From an uncultured Bacteroidia bacterium (GTDB lineage: Bacteria > Bacteroidota > Bacteroidia > Bacteroidales > UBA932): a stretch of 64,000 nucleotides of DNA. The DNA is taken from positions 2,885 through 66,884 of the forward strand of contig CACZWU010000014.1 of the NCBI GenBank assembly GCA_902784965.1. Direction: 5' to 3'. Below are positions 38,794 through 53,654 of this stretch, piece after piece. A program made the position numbers and the translations under genes. Each line of letters opens with the position of its first letter. The first letter of the stretch is position 1. Under the pieces are notes generated by a model that was not told where the DNA came from, did no database searches, and was given only the letters and a program-made list of their open reading frames with translations.

Positions 38794-40377
38794 CTACTCT
38801 TCCGCCAGCCACTTGTCGACGGCTTCGCGGAGCTGTTCGTCGTAGCGCAGGCCGATGGGGACGCTGGCGCGGTTGAAATAGTAGCAGGTCACGATCTCCT
38901 GCTCCACCATCGGCAGGATCTCTGCCTTCTTGGCACGCAGCACCGCTTCCTTGTCCATGTTCACCTTTTTCTGCAAAGCTTCGATCTCCTCCTTGTAGTT
39001 GTCGTAGAGGTCTTCCGACTGGGCGGCCTTGATCAGCTGGTCGAGGGCCGTCTGGGCGGCGGTGCGGGCATCGAAGTCCTGGGCGGCCGCATACTGTACG
39101 AAGTCTTCGTACTCGGCATCCGTCAGGTGGAAATCGCGGTCGATGGTCTCGTGCTTCAGGAAATACTCGATGGCATAAGAGCCGATGATGTCGTAGTAGA
39201 CCAGCGAAGCGGCGGGACGGCTCAGCAGCGGGCTGGGAACGACGATGTCGGGAGCGATGCCGCCGTTCGCATCTTTGTCGAGCGAACCGTCTTCGTGCCG
39301 GTTGCTGTAGTCGATGGCCTGCACGCAGCGGCCGCTCGGCGTGTAGTATTTGCCGGTGGTGAGTTTCATCTGGGTGTTGTAGGGCAGGGGGCGCACCGAC
39401 TGGATGAGGCCCTTGCCGAACGAACGTTCTCCCGCGATGGTAGCCCGGTGCAGGTCCTGCAGGGCGCCTGCCGTAATTTCAGAGGCAGAGGCGGACCCTC
39501 CGTTGACCATTACCAGCAAGGGCATGGCGGTGTCGATCGGGGCATCGGTCGTGAGGTATTGGCGGTTCATTTCGGGCACGCGTCCCTTCGACGAGACCAC
39601 AAGGGTGGCTCTGGGGACGAAGAGCGACACGAGGTCGATGGCCTCGTCCATCACGCCGCCGCCGTTGTCACGCAGGTCGATGACCAGGCGCTTCGCCCCG
39701 GCTTCCTTGAGCTGGCGCACCTGCTCCCGGAATTCATCCGCCATATCGGTCGTGAAGCCGGTAAGCTGGATGTAGCCGATGTCGTCGCGGTAGATGCCGG
39801 CATAGGCGATGTCCGACACATGGATCCGTTCGCGCGTGACCACCACGTCGACCGTATCTTTCGTGCGTCCTTTCACCACCTTGAATTTGACCTGGGTGCC
39901 GGGCTGGCCTTTCATGCGGCCGGAGCTTTGCTCAGAGGTCTCTTCGAAGACGGGCCTGCCGTCGATTTCCAGGATGACGTCGCCCGGCTGGAGGCCCGCC
40001 TTGGCGGCCGGTGAATTCTCATAGGGCTCTACGATTTTCACGCCCTCGCCGGGAAGTTTGCGGATGAGCGACCCCACGCCACCGTAGTTGCCGGTGGTCA
40101 TCAGGGCGAAATCGTCTTCTTCCTCCTCGGAGATGTATACGGTGTAGGGATCGAGCGTCGCCAGCATCGACCGCAGGCCGGTCAGGATCATCTTGTCGAA
40201 ATTCACGGTATCGACATAGGCCTTGGCCAGTTCCTGCAATGCGGCATATTCGATCTCCAGGCTTTGTCCCATCTTGAAATCCGCACTCTGTGCCTGCGCT
40301 TTCGGCGTGGATGCGCCGAGCAGGATGACGACGGCGAGCGCCGCCCCGTTCAAAAATCTTTTCATCTGTCTGATCAT
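38794..40377 (-). CDS. S41-family C-terminal processing peptidase
   Basis: It begins MIRQMKRFLNGAALAVVILLGASTPKAQAQ (signal). The PDZ segment is ..PAAKAGLQPGDVILEIDG.., and the catalytic region is ..VNGGSASASEI.. and ..GERSFGKG... The start is 40377 or 40365. The longest ORF start at 40641 was rejected. Confidence 0.88.
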   Translation of the reverse strand: MIRQMKRFLNGAALAVVILLGASTPKAQAQSADFKMGQSLEIEYAALQELAKAYVDTVNFDKMILTGLRSMLATLDPYTVYISEEEEDDFALMTTGNYGGVGSLIRKLPGEGVKIVEPYENSPAAKAGLQPGDVILEIDGRPVFEETSEQSSGRMKGQPGTQVKFKVVKGRTKDTVDVVVTRERIHVSDIAYAGIYRDDIGYIQLTGFTTDMADEFREQVRQLKEAGAKRLVIDLRDNGGGVMDEAIDLVSLFVPRATLVVSSKGRVPEMNRQYLTTDAPIDTAMPLLVMVNGGSASASEITAGALQDLHRATIAGERSFGKGLIQSVRPLPYNTQMKLTTGKYYTPSGRCVQAIDYSNRHEDGSLDKDANGGIAPDIVVPSPLLSRPAASLVYYDIIGSYAIEYFLKHETIDRDFHLTDAEYEDFVQYAAAQDFDARTAAQTALDQLIKAAQSEDLYDNYKEEIEALQKKVNMDKEAVLRAKKAEILPMVEQEIVTCYYFNRASVPIGLRYDEQLREAVDKWLAEE

Positions 40378-40406
40378 ATAACTTACAAAAGTAGCAATTT
40401 TATCCG

Positions 40407-40414
40407 TATCTTTG
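40407..40414 (+). promoter_or_regulatory. -7 box TATCTTTG for rdgB-recO
   Basis: It matches TAnnTTTG and lies 22 nt upstream of the ATG at 40436. Confidence 0.45.
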
Positions 40415-40435
40415 AGATTCCCTAAAGCAACTGCG

Positions 40436-41041
40436 ATGAAACTTATCTTTGCGACCAACAATGCGCACAAACGGGAAGAGGCCCAGGCCATTCTGGGACC
40501 TTCCTTCCAGGTCGTCACCCCCGCTTCGCTCGGTTTCCCCGGCGACCTGGCCGAAACCCACGACACCCTGCGCGGCAATTCCATCCAGAAGGCCTGCGCC
40601 GTGTGGAACCTGTTCCAGGCCGACTGCTTCGCCGACGACACAGGGCTCGAAGTTGATGCGCTCGACGGCGCGCCCGGCGTCTATTCGGCCCGCTATGCCG
40701 GCAGCGACAAGGATCCGGCGGCCAATCGTCGCAGATTGCTCAAAGAACTCGAAGGACGGCCCTTCGCCGAGCGCACGGCTCGTTTCCGTTGCGTGGTCTC
40801 GCTCATCCAGGACGGCGTGCTCCACGTTTTCGAAGGAACCTGTGAGGGGCACATCGCCCTGCAGGAAAGCGAAGGGGTCCAAGGTTTCGGCTATGATTCA
40901 ATTTTTGTTCCAGACGGGCTCGACCGGACCATCGCCGAGATTTCCATCGAAGAAAAGAACCAGCTTTCCCACCGCGGAAAGGCCATGCGGCTGCTGCAAT
41001 GTCATCTGTTGCAAAATCCCGGATCGTCGTCCTCCATCTGA
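40436..41041 (+). CDS. rdgB: dITP/XTP pyrophosphatase (non-canonical purine NTP pyrophosphatase)
   Basis: It begins MKLIFATNNAHKREE.., with ..FADDTGLEVDALDGAPGVYSARYAG.. and ..GFGYDSIF.. Confidence 0.9.
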   Translation: MKLIFATNNAHKREEAQAILGPSFQVVTPASLGFPGDLAETHDTLRGNSIQKACAVWNLFQADCFADDTGLEVDALDGAPGVYSARYAGSDKDPAANRRRLLKELEGRPFAERTARFRCVVSLIQDGVLHVFEGTCEGHIALQESEGVQGFGYDSIFVPDGLDRTIAEISIEEKNQLSHRGKAMRLLQCHLLQNPGSSSSI

Positions 41042-41664
41042 CGAAATACGGCGAATCCAGCCTCATCCTGCACGCCATCGACGCGCTGAGCGGACGGCGG
41101 AGTTTCCTGGTGCGCGGCATCAAGCGCGGGAATGCCACGGCGGTGTTCCATCCGCTCGCCATCCTCGACGTCGTAAGCGCGGAATCGCCCAAAAGTTCGC
41201 TGGCCTGGCTGCGGGAATGGGAACCCGCTGCGGAACTCCACGATATCCGCGGCAATCTGCTGAAAGGCAGCGTGGCGATGTTTCTCAGTGAGGTGCTTTA
41301 CCGCAGTTTTACCAGTGAGTTGGCCGACCCGCAGTTCTTCGACTGGCTCTGCGAAACCGTCGGCCGACTCGACCGGGAAGAAGGCAGCATCGCGAATTAT
41401 CCGATGTGGTTTCTGGTAAGCTATGCCGTGCAGCTGGGTTTCCGGCCCGACCAACCTGTCGAGCCGCAGGGCATCTTCACGCCCACCGAATCCGATCTGT
41501 TGTTCACGCTGTTGCGCTCGCCTTTTCCCGAAGCCATGGCGCTGTCTCTCTCGGCCCAGCGTCGCGGGGAATTCTCCCGCAAGATGCTGCAATATCTCTC
41601 CTACCACCTCGGCGCCACCATCGACGCCAAGAGCCTGGACGTCCTGCACGAAGTGTTGGCATAG
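40999..41664 (+). CDS. recO: DNA repair protein RecO
   Basis: 221 aa, MSSVAKSRIVVLHLTKYGESSLILHAIDALSGRRSFLVRG.. It overlaps the rdgB end by 43 nt. Its last 28 codons form part of the right repeat arm. Confidence 0.85.
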   Translation: MSSVAKSRIVVLHLTKYGESSLILHAIDALSGRRSFLVRGIKRGNATAVFHPLAILDVVSAESPKSSLAWLREWEPAAELHDIRGNLLKGSVAMFLSEVLYRSFTSELADPQFFDWLCETVGRLDREEGSIANYPMWFLVSYAVQLGFRPDQPVEPQGIFTPTESDLLFTLLRSPFPEAMALSLSAQRRGEFSRKMLQYLSYHLGATIDAKSLDVLHEVLA

Positions 41665-41821
41665 CGCCGAATAAGATGCCGGGTCAAGCCCGGCATGACG
41701 GATAACAAGCGCCATCAGGCGCTAGCGGAGACCGAGCGGGTGGGCCTTGTGTAATAGCCGGTCGTAGCGGCAGGTCTGGGCGGAGCCCAGTAAATACAAG
41801 ACAGAAGGAAAGGCCCGCCCC
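41569..41821. repeat. Right arm of the inverted duplication (recO 3' end plus spacer)
   Basis: See the left arm. The right arm carries 92 extra nt (41653-41744) between the two identical blocks, including the hairpins ATGCCGGG-tcaag-CCCGGCAT and AGCGCC-atca-GGCGCT. Confidence 0.95.
41708..41805 (+). repeat. Copy R1 of a roughly 95-nt structured repeat element (possible ncRNA or REP-like element)
   Basis: It is homologous to 62554-62643, at roughly 70% identity by eye. It has three hairpins, each differing from R2 by a compensatory pair change. Confidence 0.6.
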
Positions 41822-41823
41822 AG

Positions 41824-42702
41824 TTAACGAGTAACGATGATGGCGTTGGCGACGGGGCGTTCGCCGGCGGCGTCGAATTTCCGGTTGTCAGAAGGATGGT
41901 TGACCACCGTGCCATCTACAACCATCGCCGTGGAGCCGCCGCCGTCAAGATTGATGGCATCGACGCAGCCGAGGGCTGCCATCACCAGCTGGAGCTCCCG
42001 CATCGACAGGCCCGCCGCCTCCTTGTTGCGGCCGTCAGCCACAACCAGCAGCACCGTTCCGTCGGGCCGACGGCCGACCGCCGTCCGCGGATTCCGCCGC
42101 GAGTTGAAATCGTTTTTCACCAAAAGCTCATCCTCACCGCCGACCCGCAGGACCGGACCCGTCGTCACCACATCTTCCGCCTCGATATCGTGTTCCCAGC
42201 GCTCGATCGAATCGCTTTTCAGCACATACAGCGCCCCCTGGAAGGTAGCCACCGCACCCGTCTGCCGTATGCTGCGGCCCCTGGGCGTGTCGTTTTCATA
42301 GCCATCGTAGGCATTGGGCGCCAGCTCCCGGCCGTCGACCCGCAGATAGTTGACCGATCCATATGGCGCCGCCATATTGAAGAAAGAACCGTTGACGGCC
42401 GCGACCGCCCCGGATTTCGCAGCTATCGCCGTCGTCTTCTCGAGCTTCTTCTCCTCGGCCGGCACGATGTCGAAACGCGCACCGGGCGCCACCTCCAGCA
42501 CACAGAGATACTGGTTGGCACCAAAGAGACTTCCGTCAAAAGCAGCCCGGTGGAGCGTGATGCCCTCGGCCACCGGCTCGTGCTGCCACGCACCGCGCCA
42601 GAGCATCTCCGTCGGCTGCGCCGCCAGCGACGTCACCATCAAGACGCCCACGACAACGCTACAAGCGCGTAGCAGGCAGGTGGTATTATCGTTTCGTCGC
42701 AT
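41824..42702 (-). CDS. Phosphodiester glycosidase family protein (DUF2233 / NAGPA-like)
   Basis: 292 aa with an N-terminal hydrophobic anchor. The motifs are AVNGSFFNM and DAINLDGGGSTAMVVDG. Confidence 0.8.
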   Translation of the reverse strand: MRRNDNTTCLLRACSVVVGVLMVTSLAAQPTEMLWRGAWQHEPVAEGITLHRAAFDGSLFGANQYLCVLEVAPGARFDIVPAEEKKLEKTTAIAAKSGAVAAVNGSFFNMAAPYGSVNYLRVDGRELAPNAYDGYENDTPRGRSIRQTGAVATFQGALYVLKSDSIERWEHDIEAEDVVTTGPVLRVGGEDELLVKNDFNSRRNPRTAVGRRPDGTVLLVVADGRNKEAAGLSMRELQLVMAALGCVDAINLDGGGSTAMVVDGTVVNHPSDNRKFDAAGERPVANAIIVTR

Positions 42703-42916
42703 TTTTATCCAGGAAATCTAAAACATCTTGTACCGTGTTGAAAACGACGGGTTCGGTGAACGTTAACCCGAACTCATCTTCCATCGCCACCGAGAGCATC
42801 AGCATCGCGATGGAATCCATCCCCAGGTCGGCCATCAGACGGGCATTCTTGCCAGCCGCCTCCAGATCGACGTTGGGCATGTAAACTTTCATCAGTTTAA
42901 GCAGTCTTTCGTACAT
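42686..42916 (-). CDS. Acyl/peptidyl carrier protein-like (non-canonical ACP)
   Basis: 76 aa. The phosphopantetheine-attachment motif is DLGMDSIAMLML, followed by EDEFGL. It overlaps the downstream gene by 17 nt. Confidence 0.7.
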   Translation of the reverse strand: MYERLLKLMKVYMPNVDLEAAGKNARLMADLGMDSIAMLMLSVAMEDEFGLTFTEPVVFNTVQDVLDFLDKNATKR

Positions 42917-42928
42917 CGTTGCGTATAT

Positions 42929-43894
42929 TTAGGATTCATCATACATAGACTTGTTCTCCGCCAGGTTGACCAGGATCCGGGCGGCGTTCTTGATGGCCAC
43001 GCGATCGCAGGAGCCACGGCTCTTGAGCACGGGCTTCCGGGTGCCCAGCATGACGCCGGAGCCCAGGGAAGCGAAATCGAAGCGGGACATCAGGTGGGCG
43101 ACGATCTGCTGCGCGGCGGGCAGCTGGTGCTGCTTGCCGTACTTCACGATCTCGGTGATTAGGTTTACGGCCATCCCTTCGGAATTCTTCAGCACCTGGT
43201 TGCCGGCAAAACCCTCGCACACCAGCACGTCGCACAGGCCCGAGAGCGTCTTGTTGCCCTCAATGTTGCCGACGAAGTGGATGCCGGGATCCTGCGCCAG
43301 CAGCGCATGCGCTTCCTTGACCAGCTTGTTGCCCTTCGTGGGCTCCACTCCGTTGGAAAGCAGACCCACGCGGGGAGCCTCCAGCTTGTACATCCGCTTC
43401 ATGAAGTCGCTGCCCAGATGGGCGAATTCCACGAGCTGGACCGGGCCGCAGTCGATAGAAGCGCCGGTGTCGACCATACAGGTGAAACCGTCCTGCGTCG
43501 TCGGCAGAATGGCCGCCACGCAGGGTCGGACCTTCTTGTCGGCCAGCAGATAGCGGATGGCGCCGGCAAACAGGGCCCCGGTATTGCCGGCGTTGATCAC
43601 GCCGATCACCTCGTCGTTGCGAGCGGCTTCTTCCAGTGCCAGGAACACGGAGACGGGTTCCTTCCGGTAGAAAGCCTCGACCGGGTTGTCGTAGTTGGTC
43701 ACCGTTTTTTCGGCATTCAGCACCTGACAGCGGCCTGCCGGCAGGCCTGCCACGTCGACCAGGGATTTGGGGCCGGCCAGGATCACGTCCACATTGGGGA
43801 ATTCTTCCAGCACGAGCCGGGCGCCTTCCAGCATCTCTTCCGGGCCCTTGTCGCTGCCCAGCAGATCAATGACAATCTTGTAATTATTTTTCAT
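42929..43894 (-). CDS. plsX: Phosphate acyltransferase PlsX
   Basis: 321 aa, MKNNYKIVIDLLGSDKGPEEML.. It also has ..NAGNTGA.. and ..GFAGNQVLK.. Confidence 0.88.
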   Translation of the reverse strand: MKNNYKIVIDLLGSDKGPEEMLEGARLVLEEFPNVDVILAGPKSLVDVAGLPAGRCQVLNAEKTVTNYDNPVEAFYRKEPVSVFLALEEAARNDEVIGVINAGNTGALFAGAIRYLLADKKVRPCVAAILPTTQDGFTCMVDTGASIDCGPVQLVEFAHLGSDFMKRMYKLEAPRVGLLSNGVEPTKGNKLVKEAHALLAQDPGIHFVGNIEGNKTLSGLCDVLVCEGFAGNQVLKNSEGMAVNLITEIVKYGKQHQLPAAQQIVAHLMSRFDFASLGSGVMLGTRKPVLKSRGSCDRVAIKNAARILVNLAENKSMYDES

Positions 43895-45974
43895 TTTCTT
43901 CCACTAATTCGAAATCCAGTATTTTTTGTTCCAGGTTGGCGCGCAGCACCCGCACCTGGATGGGGTCGCCCAGGTGGAACGTCCGGCCTGAGGCCTTGCC
44001 GCGTGTCTCGTATTTCTCTTCGTCGAACTGATACCAGTCGGAACGGATCTCGCGGAGCGTGATCATGCCCTCGATCTTCGTGGGTTCGACCTCCACGTAG
44101 ATGCCCCAGTCCGTCAGGCCGCTCACATGTCCGTCGAAGATCCGGCCGATCTTGTCCTGCATGTATTCCACCATCTTGTACTTGATGGAGGCGCGCTCCG
44201 CGTCGGTGGCAATCTGCTCGCGCACCGAACTGTGCTCGCAGCAGTCCTCATAATAGAGTTTGTCCTGCGATTTGGCGCCGTCCTGGTACAGGGCCAGGAG
44301 GCGGTGGACCATCATGTCGGGATAGCGCCGGATGGGCGAAGTGAAGTGCGTATAATATTGGAAAGCAAGGCCGTAGTGTCCCACGTTGTCGGTGGAGTAG
44401 CGCGCCCGGGCCATGCTGCGCAGGGCCAGCATCTGGAGCGCATTCTCCTCGGGCTTGCCCTTGGCTTCCTTCATCAGGGCGTTGAGCGCACCGGCTGCCT
44501 CCTTCGGGTTGGAGGTGTCGCCCAGCTTGTGCCCGAAATTCTTGGCGAAGTTGCGCAGGTTGTCGAGTTTTTCCGGGTCGGGATCCTCGTGGATACGGTA
44601 GACGAATGTCGGATTCTTGGCCTTGCATTTCTTCGTGACGTACTCCGCCACGCAGCGGTTGGCCAGCAGCATGAATTCCTCGATGAGCCAGTTGCTCTCC
44701 TTGCTCTCTTTCTGCACCACGTCGACGGGCTTGCCCGTCTCGTCGACGATAACTTTCATTTCAGGCCGCTCGAAGGAGATGGCGCCGTTGTCGAAGCGTT
44801 GCTTGCGCAGGATGGTGGCCAGCGCGTGCAGGGCGAGGATTTCCTTTGCGAGGGGTCCTTCCTTCGTCTCGATGACCTGCTGGGCCTGATCGTAGTCGAA
44901 GCGGTAGTCGGAGTTGATGACCGTCCGGCCAAACCACTGGCCGATGACCTTGGCTTTGGCGTTAAGTTCGAATACAGCACTGAAGGTAAGTTTGTCTTCG
45001 TGTGGCCGGAGCGAGCAGAGCTTGTTGGAGAGTTTTTCGGGCAGCATCGGGATGGTACGGTCGACCAGATAGACCGAGGTGCCGCGGGCGAAGGCCTCCT
45101 TGTCGACAGGCGTGCCGGGCTGCACGTAATGGGTGACGTCGGCGATATGGATACCCACCTCGACATTGCCGTTTTCCAGTTCACGATACGAGAGCGCGTC
45201 GTCGTAGTCCTTGGCGTCGGTCGGGTCGATGGTGAAGGTCGTCACGGAACGGAAATCCCGGCGTCCGGCCAGGTCTTTCTGCGTGATGGCGTCGGAAATG
45301 GCATCTGCCGCCTGTTCGACTTCGGGCTCGAAGCGGTAGGGCAGCTGGTATTCGGCCAGGATGGCGTGCATCTCGGTGTCGTTTTCGCCCGGGACGCCCA
45401 GCACGTCGACGATCCGGCCCACAGGCTCGGGGCTGCGGCGGGGCCAGTCGGTCACGAGCACGGCCACTTTCATCCCGTGGGCTGCTTTCAGGCCGCCGAT
45501 CTCCGGAAGCGCGTCGGGCCCGTCCGCTTCGATGCGGATGTCGTAGGGCATGTTCTTGCTCTCGACGATGGCCCAGATCTGCCGGCCGCGGACCACCAGC
45601 ACGCCGATATGGGGCTTGGGGCTGCGACGGATGATCTTGGTCACCTCGCCTTCCAGGCTGCGGCCCTTGAGTCCGGCCTGTAGGCGCCGCTTCGGCACGG
45701 CGATTTTCACGAAGTCGCCGTTGAGGGCAAAATGCAGCTTCCGCATGGGGATGAAGACATCATCCTGGAGACCATCCACCTTCACGAAACCGAAACCGTC
45801 GCGCGAGAGCGAGACCGTCCCCTCGAATTCCTCCACGCTTTTGGAGCGCCGCTCCGACGTCCGCACCGGCTCCTGCCCACCCCGCGCCAGGCGTTTCGCG
45901 CGCTTGAGCGCCCCCTCCCGCGGTTGGGCTGCCTTTTTATCTTTTTTGAAGTTTTTCCGTTTCGAAGTTGGCAT
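43884..45974 (-). CDS. rnr: Ribonuclease R
   Basis: 696 aa with a basic N-terminus, an RNB core (..DAKDYDDALS.., ..HIADVTHYV.., ..HYGLAFQYYTHFTSPIRRYPD..) and a C-terminal S1 domain (..GHVSGLTDWGIYVEV..). Confidence 0.93.
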   Translation of the reverse strand: MPTSKRKNFKKDKKAAQPREGALKRAKRLARGGQEPVRTSERRSKSVEEFEGTVSLSRDGFGFVKVDGLQDDVFIPMRKLHFALNGDFVKIAVPKRRLQAGLKGRSLEGEVTKIIRRSPKPHIGVLVVRGRQIWAIVESKNMPYDIRIEADGPDALPEIGGLKAAHGMKVAVLVTDWPRRSPEPVGRIVDVLGVPGENDTEMHAILAEYQLPYRFEPEVEQAADAISDAITQKDLAGRRDFRSVTTFTIDPTDAKDYDDALSYRELENGNVEVGIHIADVTHYVQPGTPVDKEAFARGTSVYLVDRTIPMLPEKLSNKLCSLRPHEDKLTFSAVFELNAKAKVIGQWFGRTVINSDYRFDYDQAQQVIETKEGPLAKEILALHALATILRKQRFDNGAISFERPEMKVIVDETGKPVDVVQKESKESNWLIEEFMLLANRCVAEYVTKKCKAKNPTFVYRIHEDPDPEKLDNLRNFAKNFGHKLGDTSNPKEAAGALNALMKEAKGKPEENALQMLALRSMARARYSTDNVGHYGLAFQYYTHFTSPIRRYPDMMVHRLLALYQDGAKSQDKLYYEDCCEHSSVREQIATDAERASIKYKMVEYMQDKIGRIFDGHVSGLTDWGIYVEVEPTKIEGMITLREIRSDWYQFDEEKYETRGKASGRTFHLGDPIQVRVLRANLEQKILDFELVEENEK

Positions 45975-45982
45975 ATATTCGT

Positions 45983-45990
45983 TAATTTTG
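45983..45990 (+). promoter_or_regulatory. -7 box TAATTTTG upstream of gpmI
   Basis: It matches TAnnTTTG and lies 34 nt upstream of the ATG at 46025, in an AT-rich divergent spacer. Confidence 0.45.
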
Positions 45991-46024
45991 CACGATTAAA
46001 TTGTATACAAAAATAATAAATATT

Positions 46025-47545
46025 ATGCAGAAGAAAGTATTGTTGATGATTCTTGACGGATGGGGCGAAGGTCGCCACGACTATTCGAACGCCATCTTCA
46101 CTCAGGGCACGCCGCATATCGACGCCCTGCGCGCCAAATATCCCGCCGGCCACTTGCAGGCCTGCGGAGAATACGTGGGCCTGCCCGACGGCCAGATGGG
46201 CAACTCCGAGGTGGGTCACATGAACCTCGGTGCCGGACGTGTCGTGTACCAAGACCTGGTAAAGATCAATATCGCGTGCCGCGAGCACAAATTACTGGAC
46301 AACAAAGAGATCAAAGCCGCTTACGACTATGTGAAGTCCTCCGGGAAGAAGCTCCACCTGATGGGCCTGACTTCCCACGGCGGCGTCCACTCCTCCCTCG
46401 ACCACGTGTATGAATTCCTGCGCGTAGCCAAGGAGTACGGCCTCGACAAGGTCTATGTCCACGCCTTCATGGATGGACGCGACACCGACCCGCACAGCGG
46501 AAAGGCGTTCGTGGCCGAACTGGAGCAGAAAATGGCGGAAACCACCGGCAAGGTGGCTTCGGTCTGCGGCCGTTTCTATGCCATGGACCGCGACAAACGC
46601 TGGAACCGCATCAAGGAAGCCTACGACCTGCTGGTCGAAGGCAAGGGCCTGCCCGTTCCCTCCGCCACCGAAGGCATCCAGGCCTCCTATGACCTGGGCG
46701 TGACCGACGAGTTCATCAAGCCGATCGTCGTCGTCGAGAACGGCAAGCCCGTCGCCACCATCGAGGAAGGCGACGCCATCATCTTCTACAATTTCCGCAA
46801 CGACCGCGCCCGCGAGCTGACCACCGTGCTCACGCAGCAGGATATGCCCGAAGAAGGCATGCACACCCTTCCCCTGTACTACTGCTGCCTGACGCCGTAC
46901 GACGCCTCGTTCACCGGCGTCCACATCCTCTTCGACAAGGAGCTGGTGCAGGATACCCTCGGTGAGACCGTTGCCAAAGCCGGCAAACGCCAGCTGCGTA
47001 TCGCCGAGACCGAGAAATATGCCCACGTGACCTTCTTCTTCAACGGTGGCCGCGAGACGCAGTTTGAAAACGAGGACCGCATCCTCGTGGCCTCGCCGAA
47101 AGTGCCCACCTACGACATCCTGCCGCAGATGAGCGCCCCCGAGGTGGCCGAGAAACTGATCGACGCCATCCGCAGCGAGAAGGAAGACCTCATCATCCTG
47201 AATTTCGCCAACGGCGACATGGTGGGCCACACAGGCGTCTACAACTCCATCACCCGGGCCGTGGCCTGCATCGACAAGCTGGCGGGCCGCGTGGTGGACG
47301 AAGCGCTCGCCAAGGGCTATGTGGTGCTGCTGACCGCCGACCACGGCAACGCCGACTTCGCCGTCAACCCCGACGGAACCCCGAACACCGCCCACTCTCT
47401 CAACACCGTGCAGTTCGTCGTCATCGGCGCCGGCGAGACGGTCAAGACCGTGAAGGACGGCGCCCTCTGCGACGTGGCGCCCACCATCCTCAAGCTGATG
47501 GGTATCCCGCAGCCCGCCGCGATGACCGGCCAATCCCTGATCTAA
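46025..47545 (+). CDS. gpmI: 2,3-bisphosphoglycerate-independent phosphoglycerate mutase
   Basis: The ATG at 46025 gives [16 protein letters not shown].., with ..[13 protein letters not shown].. and ..ADHGNAD.. Confidence 0.95.
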   Translation: MQKKVLLMILDGWGEGRHDYSNAIFTQGTPHIDALRAKYPAGHLQACGEYVGLPDGQMGNSEVGHMNLGAGRVVYQDLVKINIACREHKLLDNKEIKAAYDYVKSSGKKLHLMGLTSHGGVHSSLDHVYEFLRVAKEYGLDKVYVHAFMDGRDTDPHSGKAFVAELEQKMAETTGKVASVCGRFYAMDRDKRWNRIKEAYDLLVEGKGLPVPSATEGIQASYDLGVTDEFIKPIVVVENGKPVATIEEGDAIIFYNFRNDRARELTTVLTQQDMPEEGMHTLPLYYCCLTPYDASFTGVHILFDKELVQDTLGETVAKAGKRQLRIAETEKYAHVTFFFNGGRETQFENEDRILVASPKVPTYDILPQMSAPEVAEKLIDAIRSEKEDLIILNFANGDMVGHTGVYNSITRAVACIDKLAGRVVDEALAKGYVVLLTADHGNADFAVNPDGTPNTAHSLNTVQFVVIGAGETVKTVKDGALCDVAPTILKLMGIPQPAAMTGQSLI

Positions 47546-47566
47546 ACCCGTAAAAATCATACGATC

Positions 47567-47842
47567 ATGAGCGAAGAAACCCTGAAAGATCCCCGCGACC
47601 TCAATGGTGACGGAAAAGTATCCTTCGACGAGAAATTCAAGAATGCCGCCGACAAAGCCAGCAAAAAAATCAGCGAAATCGCCGACGAGATGGCCGAAAA
47701 CGCCAAAGACCTCTACGACAAGGCCTCTCCGAAAGCCAAGGAAATTTTCGGCGAAATGAAAGACAGCGCCGGCAAGCTGATGGACGACGCCGCCGAACTG
47801 ATGGACAAGGCCAAAGACAAGATCGACAGCCTGAAGAAGTAA
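47567..47842 (+). CDS. Small Lys/Asp/Glu-rich protein with one canonical EF-hand loop
   Basis: 91 aa. DLNGDGKVSFDE fits the 12-residue EF-hand loop pattern D-x-N-x-D-G-x-V-x-x-x-E. The rest is predicted helical (KAKDLYDKASPKAKE..). It sits 21 nt after gpmI. Confidence 0.55.
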   Translation: MSEETLKDPRDLNGDGKVSFDEKFKNAADKASKKISEIADEMAENAKDLYDKASPKAKEIFGEMKDSAGKLMDDAAELMDKAKDKIDSLKK

Positions 47843-47853
47843 CTTTTGTTGCG

Positions 47854-47888
47854 TCTGGCCATAAAAACAGGCGGTTTTTATGGCCAGA
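47854..47888 (+). terminator. Perfect 15-bp hairpin after the small protein gene, followed by a degenerate second copy at about 47905-47940
   Basis: The hairpin is TCTGGCCATAAAAAC-aggcg-GTTTTTATGGCCAGA. The related sequence CCGGCCATAAAAAAGGCCGTTTATCTTGGCCAGA follows. Confidence 0.55.
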
Positions 47889-47968
47889 TGTTATCTTCGA
47901 CTGCTTCCGGCCATAAAAAAGGCCGTTTATCTTGGCCAGAACATATTATTCAATCCCTGCGCTGATTT

Positions 47969-51691
<3,723 letters not shown>

Positions 51692-51702
51692 TTGATGTAA
51701 TC

Positions 51703-53618
<1,916 letters not shown>

Positions 53619-53646
53619 GATGATTATATTTTTAACGTTTATTGTT

Positions 53647-53654
53647 TAAATTTG
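53647..53654 (+). promoter_or_regulatory. -7 box TAAATTTG upstream of the thioredoxin-like lipoprotein gene
   Basis: It matches TAnnTTTG and lies 39 nt upstream of the ATG at 53694. Confidence 0.4.

Noticed and set aside
40400-40882. ORFs antisense to or overlapping rdgB (40400-40882 minus strand, 40449-41291 plus strand) and recO (41002-41715 minus strand).
   Set aside because: They are alternative-frame readings of well-supported genes. The apparent similarity between 41002-41715(-) and 38182-38406(+) is simply the inverted duplication read out of frame.
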